DNA from: Okamejei kenojei
Lineage: Eukaryota
Reading direction: 5' to 3'
Length of the DNA stretch: 64,000 bases
Assembly: GCA_035221665.1 (NCBI GenBank)
Contig: CM069134.1
Coordinates: forward strand, 86,924,001 to 86,988,000
Each line of letters begins with the position of its first letter. The stretch's first letter is position 1. The position numbers and the translations under genes are program-made. The notes under the pieces were generated by a model. That model searched no databases, was not told the origin of the DNA, and worked only from the letters and a program-made list of their open reading frames with translations. Positions 47,846 through 59,454 of the stretch are shown here, one piece after another.

Positions 47846-49699
47846 TTATTTGCACTCACTGTTAGCACTGCAACAGACCATGGTGGATAGACTTGATGCA
47901 GTCTGTCACTCAGTAAGTCCCTTACATCCGTTCCTTCACGTTCAGTTTCAGCACCCGAATATCAAGCAAGATTTCCCCTTTATTACATAGCATGTATGGA
48001 GCAGAAATTAGTTAACTGTAACTCTCCTGCCTCATGCCGATCAATGGAAGGTACCTACTCCAAAAACAGAGTGCAGGGAATTATTGTCCTTATTCTAAAA
48101 TAAGGAAATGCATAATTCTTAAGATGTAATTTTCAATGTAATAAATTACAATAAAAGCACCTCAAATGTTCTTTTCGCATAAACCACATAACTTATAATT
48201 TATGGAGCATGAACTCTAACATTAAAAATCACAGGGGCTGAGCAGCGGCCTAGTCAAGGTAAAACATGACGGGGAAATTCTGCCAAGAGTGCTGCCTTTC
48301 AGCCAACATCTTGGTGCCCGTCATCTTCAGAGTTGCCAGCACTGTGGCACATGGACAAGGGAAAATGTTCCTGGGAGCCCTCACCTTTGACTCCACCCTT
48401 TGAAGTCTCAAAATATCATGGGCAAAGTAATCATCTGCTGAACACCACCTTCCATCCTCCCTCACCTAATGGTGAAGACAATATTTAAACAGATCCTTCA
48501 TAGTTCTCAGTAATTATGCATCCTACTGAAGAATTCCACTGATTATAGATTCTACGACAGCACAGTGACACAGCTGGCAACCCACAGAATGAGGTAAGAT
48601 CCTAACTTCGGATGCTATCTGCGTGGAGTTTGCGCGTTCTCCATGTAACCACATAGGTTTCCTCCATATGCATGGCTTTCCTTCCACATCCCCAAAGACA
48701 TGTAGATGAAGAAAAAGGATGGGTGACGTTTCGGATTGGAACCCTTTTTCAGACTGAAAGTACAGGGAAGGGGGGACTGGAGGTAGGAGGCAGTGTTTAT
48801 CACATGAAATTGTTATTCCTTCTGAAATAAGGCACTGGATTTAATAGTGGGGAATAGGGAAACAGGAGAGGTAGTAAACAAAATGTTTGTGAAGTCACAA
48901 GAGACCACAGCTGCTACAATACCTTGGGCAAAAAATGAACTGCTGGAAGAACTCAATGGATTAGGCAGTATCTGTGGAGGCAGAGAGATGTTTGATATTT
49001 TGGATCAAGACCCTGCATCAGGGTAAGTGTAGAGGAACGATAGCTAGTACAAAGAGGTGAGAGGGAGGGATGAGGTGAGGACTGGTAAATGATAGGTAGG
49101 AAAGAACTGCAGATGCTGATTCAAATTGAGGGTAGACACAAATTGCTGGAGTAACTCAGCAGGACAGGGGCATCTCTGGAGAGAAGGAATGGGTAAAGTT
49201 TAGGGTCGAGAGCCTTCTTCAGACTGATGTCAGGGGGGTGGGTGGGACAGAGATAGAATTAAGCAGGAGACTGGTGAATGATAGATGTATTCAGGTAAAT
49301 CAGTGCGAATGAGCAAATGGAGTCAGGTGGTGTTGGGGGAGGGAAGAGCTTAAAGACAGAGGTCGATGAATGATAGGTGGAAACAGACAATGAAGAAGAA
49401 GCAAAAAGGACAAATGAGACTAGGTGGGAGAAGGGAATGGCAAGGTTGAATCAGAGGATGGAAGGTGATATGTGGAACCAGAAAAGGGAAAGATTGTGGG
49501 CAGGCAGAATCAGGTGGGGGCTGGCAATGGATGTGGGGAGGGGTGCTGAAGAAAACGTTGAACAGAGGGAGTGAGAAGTAAGGTCAAGCAGTAGGAGTGG
49601 GAAAGGAGCACAGGAGGTGTGGGTGATCGAAAAATTGATAATACAATGTTCATACTGCAAATGGAATATGAGGTGTTATTCTTTTAGTTTGCGTTTGGC

Positions 49700-51390
49700 C
49701 AAAAGCATATTAAAAATAATAGCCCACTAAGGGGCAAATAAGAGTGAGGAACTTGAAACAATATCACGCTAGGAAAAAGTATTAGGTAAACTAGAAAGGC
49801 CGATAAATCCTTTGGATATTATGGTCAGCAGAAAAGGTTGCAGGAATATTGGGTGCATTGCTTGTTCTCTAAATTCACAATATGTTCCCATGGATTGGAA
49901 AGTAACAATGCTATTCAAGAAAGGAGGAGAAGGGAACCTCAGGCTAGTTGGCCTAACATCAGGTTGTCAGAAAAATCATATCTATTATTAAGGAAGTAAT
50001 AGCAGAGCACTTAGCAAAACATAAATGATTATGTAGGCCTATACATTGTAGGGTGAACATGGTTTTATGAAAGAAAAATAATTTTCAACATAAAATTCTT
50101 TGGAGATGTGGATGGTGCAGTAATGCAGTTATAATAGAGCTGTTGCCTCACAACTTCAGCTATTCCAGTTTTACACTGACCACCAGTGTTGTTTGCATGT
50201 GCAGTTTGCATGTTCTCCTTGTGCATGTTTGGATTTTTCTCTCTGTGCTCCGGTTTCATGGAACATAGAACAGTATAGCACAGGAACAGTTAATTCAGCC
50301 GATAATGTCCATTCTGAACATGATGCCAAGATAAACTACTCTCCTCTGTATGATCCATGTGTCTTTCCAAAAGCCTCTTAAATATCACTATCCTCCACAA
50401 CTCCTGGAAGCAAGTTTCAGGCACTCACCACTCTCTGTGTAAAAACTTGCTCTGCACAACTTCTGAGAACTATGAAGGACGTGTTTAAATGTTGTCCATC
50501 ACCATCAGGTGAGGGAGGATGACAGGTGGAGTTCAGTAGGAGATTACTTTGTCCATGTTTCCTTCAAATCCTAACAAAATGTGTGGGCTACATTGCACAC
50601 CAGGGTGGACGTTCTCTTCAATATACGTAGGGGTAACAGGGTAACTGTTTTCCATTGTATACATAGGGGCGACTTACAGCATAATCTGTTGTGCTGCAGC
50701 AAGTAAGAATTTCATTGTTCTATCTGGGACATATGACAATAAAACACTCTTGACTTTTGACTCTTGACTCTTAGTTGGCCACTCTAAATGTTTCCTCCTG
50801 AGTTGTGAGGGGTAGAACCTGCGGGACAGTTGATGGAAATAAGGGGATCATATAATGGGTGAAAGTAGGATTGGCATAACAATTGAGACTGCTGATGCTG
50901 GAATCTTGAGTAAAACACAAAGTGCTGGAGTAATTGAATAGTTCAGGCAGCATCTGTGGAGGGAATGGATAACATAAAAATGATTGTTTAATGGTTGGTG
51001 TAGCCTAATAAATATTTGTTGAGGTGCCACATAAAAGTTTACTACATAATATAAGAATGCAGAGGACTAGGGGTGATATATTATCATGGATACATGATTG
51101 GTTAACTGAGAAAAAAAAAAGTTTCCAGCTGGGAAATTGCTAGTGGGATGCCGCAGAGATTGGTACTGGGACCACAACCATTTACAGTATAATCTATATT
51201 AGTGATTTAGGTGATGGGCCTACGTGCAATGTATTCAAGATTGACGACATTAGAAAGGCAGATGGAAGAGAGTGAGTGGACACTAAGAATCTGTAATGGT
51301 ATAGGGACAAATTGCGTGAATGGGCAAAACGATGATATCTAGGACGTAATGAGGGGAAATGAGAAGTGAAAATGTAAGGAACCTTAGGCC
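49700..51390 (+). mobile_element. Old CR1 RT region fragmented by SINE, CR1-tail and Penelope-repeat insertions
   Basis: VP.DWK...LFKKGG (49885-49930), HKSLLHNIRM.../SWIHDWL (51030-51105) and SGMPQRLVLGP.PF (51140-51185). Confidence 0.55.
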
Positions 51391-52822
51391 AATTGAACAC
51401 CTTTCTGATGACCTGAACTGTTAACTCTATGCATCTTTCCACAAATGCTACCTGACCTGCTGAGTGGTAGCAGTGTTTTCTGTTATTATTAACTTGATCC
51501 TTCATTCCAGAACACAAATTTCATGGTGCCTTCCAAAGATACCTGCTAATTTGAATCTATTTATCCATGTATGTGCCATAGATGGGCAGGTCTCAGTACT
51601 TTTGTTCCATTACAGTATTCAGACCTTTTGTTGCACGATTTTAAAGGAGTCACATTGACTGATGGTGGTGAGTGATTATTAAAAAAGGTTCTTGTTCAAA
51701 TCACTGGTGTATGTAATTTGAAGCTCTTAATCTCTATTTCTCAATCCAAATGTAATTAACTTGTGAACTCCTGGGAATGTCAAGAGCTTCCATTACATCG
51801 AGTTGAAATAGAATAGCCTCTTTGAGTCTTACTTTGCAAGAATATGTTTACAGAAACATAAGCCTTCACATGATAGAGCCACACCTTGTAGGTGAAGACA
51901 AAATTAACATTTGGTACGGTGATATTCGTTACTACACAACCAAACACATCAACAGGAAAACATCCAAATGGTGATCCTCGAGGGACAAACATAATTTTGA
52001 ATTTTCATTCAAAGGACTGTCAGCGAACTCAAGCTCGCATGAGCATGACTGCGAGGACCAGTGACCTAGAGACCTGGAGTGTGGGTCCTGAGGTGTGAAT
52101 TCAAGTCGCAGAACGGCTAGGGAATTTAAATTCAATTAAGTAAGATTGGAATGAGATAGCTAGCTCACCTACATTTAATTAAAGGTGACCACAATGCTAC
52201 TGGGTTGTCTTAGAAAACCCTCCGGTTCAGTGTAGATCTTTAGGGAAAATAATCTATCATCTCACTTCCACTCTGATCTCACTGTCTGTGGCTTCATGCA
52301 CCGTTACAACAGCTTAAGGAACAGCAGCATCTCATCCTTCTGGGCATGATGGACTACTTTGGGCTCTTTTGGTCTTGATACAGAACTTGCCAACATTATT
52401 ACAACACATCTTTTCTGTCAGTATCAGTTGGTTAGTTGGCTTAGTTGGTTCATTCTTATTATCATGTGTTCTGAGGTACAGTGAAATACTTTTTTGTTGC
52501 GTGCTTTCCAGTTAGCGAAAAGACCACACATGATTACAGTCAAGTTGTCCATAGTGTCCTGAAAAATTTAAAAGAATGGAGCAATTATAATGAACAATAG
52601 CAGATACCCTTCTAGGTCCAGCAGTCAAAGAGTCGCCATCTTGGAATGAGCTCCAAGCTTTATCGTTGGTCAAGGACATGACAAATGCCTATCCTTCAAA
52701 AACATCAACATTGCCCATTTCTGCCAGTCATCCATCTGAGATTGTAGTTCAGTTTTTCTCTCTCTCTGTGAGTATAGCCTGACCTGCTGAGGAGGCCCTG
52801 CAGCACTGACAATAGCCACATA

Positions 52823-54453
52823 CAGTGGCTTGCAAAAGTAATCATACCCCTTGAACTTTTCCACATTTTGTCAATTTACAACCACAAACGTAAATGTTTT
52901 TTATTGGGATTTTATGTGATAGACCAACACAAAGTGGTGCATAATTGTGAAGTGGAAGGAAAATGATACATGGTTTCCAAATTTTATTACAAATAAAAAA
53001 CTGAAAAGTGTGGTGTGCAAAAGTATTTAGCCCCCCTGAGTCAATACTTTGTAGAACCACCTTTCGCTGCAATTACAGCTGCATGTCTTTTGGGGTATGT
53101 CTCTACCAGCTTTGCACATCTAGAGACTGAAATTTTTACCCATTCTTCTTTTCAAAATAGCTCAAAGCTCAGTCAGATTGGATGGAGAGTGTCTGTGAAC
53201 AGCAATTTTCAAGTCTTGCCAGAGATTCTCAATTGGATTTAGGTCTGGACTTTGACTGGGCATTCTATTCTAACACATGAATATGCTTTGATCTAAACCA
53301 TTCCATTGTAGCTCTGGCTGTATGTTTAGGGTTGTTGTCCTGCTGGAAGGTGAACCTCCGCCCCAGTCTCGTCTTTTTCAGACTTTAACAGGTTTTCTTC
53401 CAAGATTGCCCTGTATGTGGCTCCATCCATCTTCCCATCAACTCTGACCAGCTTCCCTGACCCTGCTGAAGAAAAGCATCCCCACAGCATGATGCTGCCA
53501 CCTTGATGTTTCACAGTGGGTATGGTGTGTTCAGGGTGATGTGCAGTGTTAGTTTTCCACCACACATAGCGTTTTGCATTTATGCCAAAAACTTCAATTT
53601 TGGTCTCATCAGACCAGAGCACCTTCCTCCACATGTTTGCTGTGTCCCCCACATGGCTTGTGGCAAACTGCAAACGGGACTTCTTAAGGCTTTGTTTCAA
53701 CAATGGCTTTCTTCTTGCCACTCTTCCATAAAGGCCCGATTTGTGGAGTGCACGACTAATAGTTGTCCTGTGGACAGAATCTCCCACCTGAGCTGTGGAT
53801 CTCTGCAGCTCCTCCAGAGTTACCACGGGTCTCTTGGCTGCTTCTCTGATCAATGCTCTCCTTGGCCGGCCTGTCAGTTTAGATGGACGGCCATGTCTTG
53901 GTAGCTTTGCAGTTGTGCCATACTCTTTCCATTTTCGGATGATGGATTGAACAGTGCTCCGTGAGATGTTCAAGGCTTGGGATATTTTTTAATAACCTAA
54001 CCCTGCTTTAAACTTCTCCACAACATTATCCATGACCTGTCTGGTGTGTTCCTTGGGCTTCATGATGCCCAAGGAACATTGTTTGGTCACTAATGTTCTC
54101 TAACAAACCTCTGAGGCCTTCACAGAACAGCTGTATTTATACTGAGATTAGACTATACACAAGTGGACTCTATTTACTAATTAGGTGACTTCTGAAGGCA
54201 ATTGTTTGCACTGGATATTATTTAGGGGTATCAGAGTAAAGGGGGCTGAATACTTTTGCACGCCACACTTTTCAGTTTTTTATTTGTAAAAAGATTTGAA
54301 AACCATGTATCATTTTCCTCCCACTTCACAATTATGCGCCACTTTGTGTTGGTCTATCACATAAAATCCTAATAAAATACATTTACGTGTGTGGTTGTAA
54401 CGTGACAAAATGTGGAAAAGTTCAAGGGGTATGAATACTTTTGCAAGCCACTG
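52823..54453 (-). mobile_element. Tc1 (IR/DR, DD34E) DNA transposon, full length and nearly intact
   Basis: TA|CAGTGGCTTGCAAAAGTA...TACTTTTGCAAGCCACTG|TA, about 215-bp TIRs with the inner direct repeat TGCAAAAGTATT, 1631 bp in total. Confidence 0.97.
53041..54063 (-). pseudogene. Tc1 transposase of about 340 aa with an early stop and frameshifts
   Basis: MKPKEHTRQV...[17 protein letters not shown]; [10 protein letters not shown]; WSDETK; [14 protein letters not shown]; QQDNNPKH; SPDLNPIE; AVIAAKGGSTKY*. Confidence 0.95.
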
Positions 54454-54884
54454 TATACCCCAGACAAAGAAGCAGTTACCCCTTAACTGCCCTCCATTAA
54501 CGTATTTAACCTGGTGTTAGCCCTTTCACAGATGTTTCCTTTGTCACATTCGTTCTTCCCATCAACCTTTCTAAAATATAAAATTAACTATTATATTCTA
54601 CAATATGATGTTAACTTTTCAAGTTCAAGTTCGTTATATTTATTGTCACATGCTCCAATTGGTACAGTGAGATTTGAGTTACCATACAGCCATATAAATA
54701 AATAAATAAACAATACACAATAGAGATTTTTTTCTCCCTTTTCCAGTCTGTGCACAAACTTGTGCTGAAGGTTCTAGGACTTGAAAATGTAACTCTTTCC
54801 TCTTTCTACAGATGCTGCCTGAAATACTGAACATTTCCAGCCTCTTCAATTTTTATTTCAGATTTCCAGCCACTGCATTTTACA

Positions 54885-55345
54885 TCATAAGGTCATAAGT
54901 GATAGGAGTAGAATTAGGCCATTCGGCCCATCAAGTCTACGGCATTCAATCGTGGCTGATCTACCTCTCCCTCCTAACCCCATTCTCCTGCCTTCTCCCC
55001 ATAACCTCTGATATCTGTACTAATCAAAAATCTATCTATCTCTGCCATAAAAATATCCACTGACTTGGCTTCCACAGCCTTCTGTGGCAAAGAATTCCAC
55101 AGATTCACCACCCTCTGACTAAATATATTTCTCCTCATCTCCTTCCTAAAAGAATGCCCATTAATTCTGAGGCTATGACCTCTCTCCTGGACTCTCCAGC
55201 TAATGGAAACATTCTCTCCACATCCACTCTATCCAAGCCTTTCACTATTCTGTATGTTTCAATGTCTCTCCTCCTTCTTCTAAACTCCAGCGAGTACAGG
55301 CCCAGTGCCAACAAACGCTCATCATAGGTTATCCTACTCATTCCT
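54885..55345 (-). mobile_element. CR1 3' fragment
   Basis: ORF 55135-55341 reads YDERLLALGLYSLEFRR...KGLDRVDVERMFPL, followed by the 3' UTR. Confidence 0.88.
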
Positions 55346-55749
55346 GTTTATTTGACTTTCAATCTGTCTTCCTTACCCAAGTTGGACTAAATGAACCTTC
55401 ACACCAATGATATTGACCTGTATCAGCCCTATATCAGTGGCATACTAGACCATTCATCTCCAGGGAATTGGTAATAAATGCCATCCGTCAGAACCCCAGA
55501 ACCCTATAAATCAGTAAGAAAATTTCAAATTTGTTATCCTTTTACTGTCATTCATTCTTTTTATGCTAAATTCCCAACGTAACAATGGATTGAACTATGT
55601 TGTCTATCAGGTTAGTGGATCTATGAGGAATTTCTCTACCATCTGAAATTTTACTGGGGTTCCAAGGAATTGAAAATTAATCACCTTGGCACTGTTCTGA
55701 GTTAATGATAAACATAGGAAATCTCAGACCATTATAAAAAGATCTATTA

Positions 55750-56290
55750 GAACATAAAACATGGAATATAGAACATTACAACACAAGAACAGGCTCTTCG
55801 GCCCACAACGTCTGTGCCAATCATGGTCCAGACCATCTTGTCTACCTGTGCATAATCCATATCCCTCCATTCTTTGCTTATTCATATGCCTATCCAAAAG
55901 CCTCCTAAATGCCACTATCATATCTGCATCAACCACCAAATCTGGCTATGGGCTCCATGCAACCACAACCCTATGTGAAAAAGTTACCCCACATATCTCC
56001 TTTATAATTTGCCCCCTCACCTTAATTTAGTTTAGAGAGATATAGCATGGAAACATCCCTCCGTCCCATTGAGTCCACGCCAACCGTCAATCACCCGTAA
56101 ACCAGTTCCATATCAGCCCATATTCACATCCCACACATTGATCTGTGGGAGGAAATCAGAGCACCCTGAGAAAAACCACACGGTCACAGGGAGAAGGTAA
56201 AAACTTCGTACAGACAGCCATGGCCAGGATCAAACACAGGTATCTATTTCTGCAAGGCAGCAGGTCTAGTCCTGTACCACTGTGCCACCA
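55750..56290 (-). mobile_element. CR1 3' tail (55750-56020) with a HE1-type SINE (56025-56290)
   Basis: VVDADMIVAFRRLLDRHM...EGYG, then a SINE tail, V-domain and head. Confidence 0.75.
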
Positions 56291-56724
56291 TTAAAGCTGT
56301 GCCCATTATTTTCTTTGAAGATGGACAATAGATGTTAAAGTATTGCATGTAGAAAAAGTTGTTTGTCAGTCAGTAAACATCTCATCAGGTAATAAAGAAC
56401 ACCTTTACTTTCCCATTGGTTGGAATGTTGGCCCTCTGCAAGGTTAGGTTGGTGGTGTGATCAATGGCAAGAGGGTATGAGGCAGTGTAGGAGGAACCAA
56501 TAGGTCCAGACTCTTGCTGCAACCTAGTTTAACATCCAGAGCTGAAAGGCCACAGAAGAAATATCATTGCAAAGTTAGTGATGTTCATAAAGCAAACAGA
56601 ACAAAACTAATTGAACCTGCATGAGAGTCAGTAACCCAATGGACACAGATAATTGGCAATAGCAATACATGCAGCAAGTCATCAAGGTCGGGAAGAATGG
56701 TGGAAAGAGACAAGTGGATCACTT

Positions 56725-57030
56725 TCCGCCCTCTCCCTCTCTACTCTCCCCACCCCACTCTACCCCACTCCCTCTCCCTCTACCCCACTGCCCCTCTCTC
56801 TCTACCCCCTTCCCTCTCTACCCTCCTCCCTCTCCCTCGCTACTCTCCCTCCCTCTCTCTCTACCCCCCTCCCCCACCCGCTACACTCCTCTCTACTCCC
56901 CACCCTCTCCCTCTCTACCCCCTCACCTCATCCTCCAACCCCCTCCCTCTCCCTCTCTACCCCTCTCCCCTCCCTCTCTACCCCCCCCCCCCTCTACCAC
57001 CCCTGCCTCTCTACCCCCCCCCTCTCTAGG
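56725..57030. repeat. C/T-only low-complexity tract, (CTCTCTACCCC)n-like
   Basis: Near-pure polypyrimidine with recurring CTCTACCCC. Confidence 0.9.
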
Positions 57031-57235
57031 ATTGAAGAGGGAGGATGAAAAGGAGGAGGAGAATGCTGGGGGATGAGGAGAAATGAGTCGCGCTTGCGCA
57101 GTTGGGGGCTATGCATGAGTGGTGCAATATTGTGTTGGGGGAACGGGTGAGTAGTGGAATCTTGCATTGGGGGAACGGGTGAGTAGTGGAATCTTGCATT
57201 GGGGAGCAGACTCAATGGGTCTGCACTTGGTCTAG
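56725..57235 (+). mobile_element. Helitron-like element 3' portion
   Basis: Hairpin GCAGAC-TCAATGG-GTCTGC (57206-57224), then CTAG|T (57232-57236). Internal 32-bp direct repeat at about 57136-57204. The 5' end was not located. Confidence 0.65.
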
Positions 57236-57409
57236 TTTCTTTTTAATTACTTTGCAAACATTTCTAAACACGTGTTTTCGCTTCTTCATTCTGGGGTATT
57301 GTGTGCAGATTGATGATAAAAAAGTGAATTTAATCCATTTTAAATTAAGGTTGTAACGTGACAAAATGTGGAAAAAATGAAGGGGTCTGAATACTTTCTG
57401 AATGCATTG
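57236..57409. mobile_element. Isolated Tc1 TIR remnant from a third family
   Basis: ...TGTAACGTGACAAAATGTGGAAAAAATGAAGGGGTCTGAATACTTTCTGAATGCATTG resembles the right TIR of 52823-54453. Confidence 0.8.
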
Positions 57410-59069
57410 CATTTCTTTGGTTGAAAATGAAAATCCCCAATTCTCATTTCTGATGCAGTGTCGCATTTCTGAAGATTTAACTTTTTCTCTTTCCGCAGAT
57501 TCTGCTTAATCTGTTGAGTGTTTCTGGTTTTACTTCTGATATCCATATGCTTCTGTTACTCATTCACAGATTACAGCCATGCTCTCAGCACCAGGCCTTA
57601 TTGACCACCCATAAAAGCCCCTTAAACGAGGCTGATGGATCTGGAGTCATGTGCAGGCTAGACCTGGGCAGGATGGCAGATTCCCTCAAGGATATTACCG
57701 AGTGAAATGGGTCGTTTTTTTTTAAACCATTTTAATCAGTTAATTACAATTACCAAACCTTTTGTTTTACATTCACAATTTAGTCAATTTAAAATTCATC
57801 AGCTGTTGTGATGGGATAATTGAGATCACGCTTCTGGATCAGTGGTCCGGAATTCTGGCTGCTGGTCCAATAAAGTTACCACTGTACTATATCCGTGCAT
57901 GTGTGTATCATCAATCGATTTACTACTTGGGCTGACTAATGAAAACTGCTCAAAATTGACCACTTTGTGTGACTGAAATACAAAGATTTATTTTTAAGTT
58001 AGATGCAAAGTACTCTTTCACTGGTTTATTTTATGGCAAATGGAGCCACGGTTGAAATGCTCAGGCCACTCAAAATCTGCACTGAAGTTCTGATTGAGGC
58101 AATCTTTCTCTAACCAGAGGAGGCTGTTTCTCTTCATGTCCAACTGAGTAATGACTTGGCATCAAAATCTTCTGTAGCTCACTCACAGGATTTTTTTTAC
58201 TGGACTGTGACACCATTGGGTTTATTTTGATGGAAGGTAATAAAGAAAAAGCAACTACAAGCACTTTTAAAGCAGATTATTTTTTTCAAACTTAAAATGA
58301 TATTTTCCTGTATAAGGAAATCCACAAAATGTGCCCAGAAACCTTTTTGACCTGCTCCACAGCTCAAAAAATATTTTTTTCTTCCCAGCCCGTAATCTTC
58401 TCTTTATTCTGTGGCAGATATTAGTTTGGAAATTGAGAGTGACTATTTATAATTATCAGACAGGGTAGCATAATGCATTAGCATTGACTCATTGAGCATC
58501 AATTTCTGAGTTATATCTCTGCCAACCAAAATCCAACCCATAATGTGACGTTCCCATGCCAAATCTGATCTTCAACATTCAAGATAGCCATGGCAACAAA
58601 GTCAATGGGTTTGAAAGCACTCCTTGGTGTCAGAGTGAGAACAGCAGAGGATCTTCTAAGTGTGCTCTTCAGAGACTTCGGAAGCCTCTTGTTCTTAGTT
58701 GTGGAAAAAAAAGAGCTTGCATTTATAACCACAGGGCTTTATAAATCACTTTACAGCCAAACAGCATGTCCCAAAATACTTTTAATATGTACTCGCTGTT
58801 GCAAAATATAGCAGTCAGTTTATGCACAGCAAGTTTTATAAGATGCAACGTAACAATGTCCTGGACCATTATAAATCTCTTATCCAATATTGTTACAAAG
58901 CAGGTGATCTGGTGGATTTGCACGCTGTTTCAGAGTCCTTGTAGTGTGTAAATTGGTTCTTGTTTCTCCAGCTTTGTCACAATGTCTAAAATATTTAACT
59001 GGCTACAAAATGCTTTTGGACTAAATACTGTACATCCCAAACAATTTTTCTGATTTTAATCTATATTAT

Positions 59070-59200
59070 TCATGGCATCTGAGGGTCAGGATGCTGGGGC
59101 AAACTCCCGTGCTGTTCTTCAAAGGATGTCACGGGATATTTTATCTGTCAGAGAGCAGGAGGGCCCTTATTTAATGCCTCCTCTGAAAGAATCATCATAT
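59070..59200 (-). mobile_element. Deu-domain SINE relic
   Basis: CAGGATGCTGGGGCAAACTCCCGTGCTGTTCTTCAAAGGATGTCACGGGATATTTTA is the reverse complement of the Deu core. Another minus-strand relic lies at about 38570-38720. Confidence 0.55.
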
Positions 59201-59454
59201 CCACAGATAACGTTTTTCATGATTTATTCTTCAATGAAACGATTAATTGATTTTCTGTTACATTCTTGCACCAATGTAACATTACACCCAAGGAAAACAC
59301 TCCAATGTTTCTACCCCCCTCTCCACCCCCACCCCCCCCCCCAGATTGAGCTTGAATTCTGAGCATTTTCAGATTAGCTATCAGTTGTCCAAGAGATATA
59401 TTTTGGTATCAATTTGCCTACTGCTGTTATCTTCTCCCATTGGACCTTACACAC

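Noticed and set aside
51853-51974. Protein-like short frame MIEPHLVGEDKINIWYGDIRYYTTKH
   Set aside because: It is short, has no recognisable family and no convincing splice donor.
52639-52655. YY1-like CGCCATCTTG motif as a promoter
   Set aside because: It is an isolated motif with no CpG island, and it is more likely the 5' part of the adjacent minus-strand SINE-like element.
56653-57076. Pro/Ser/Leu-rich ORFs in three frames
   Set aside because: These are an artefact of a C/T low-complexity tract lacking stop codons.
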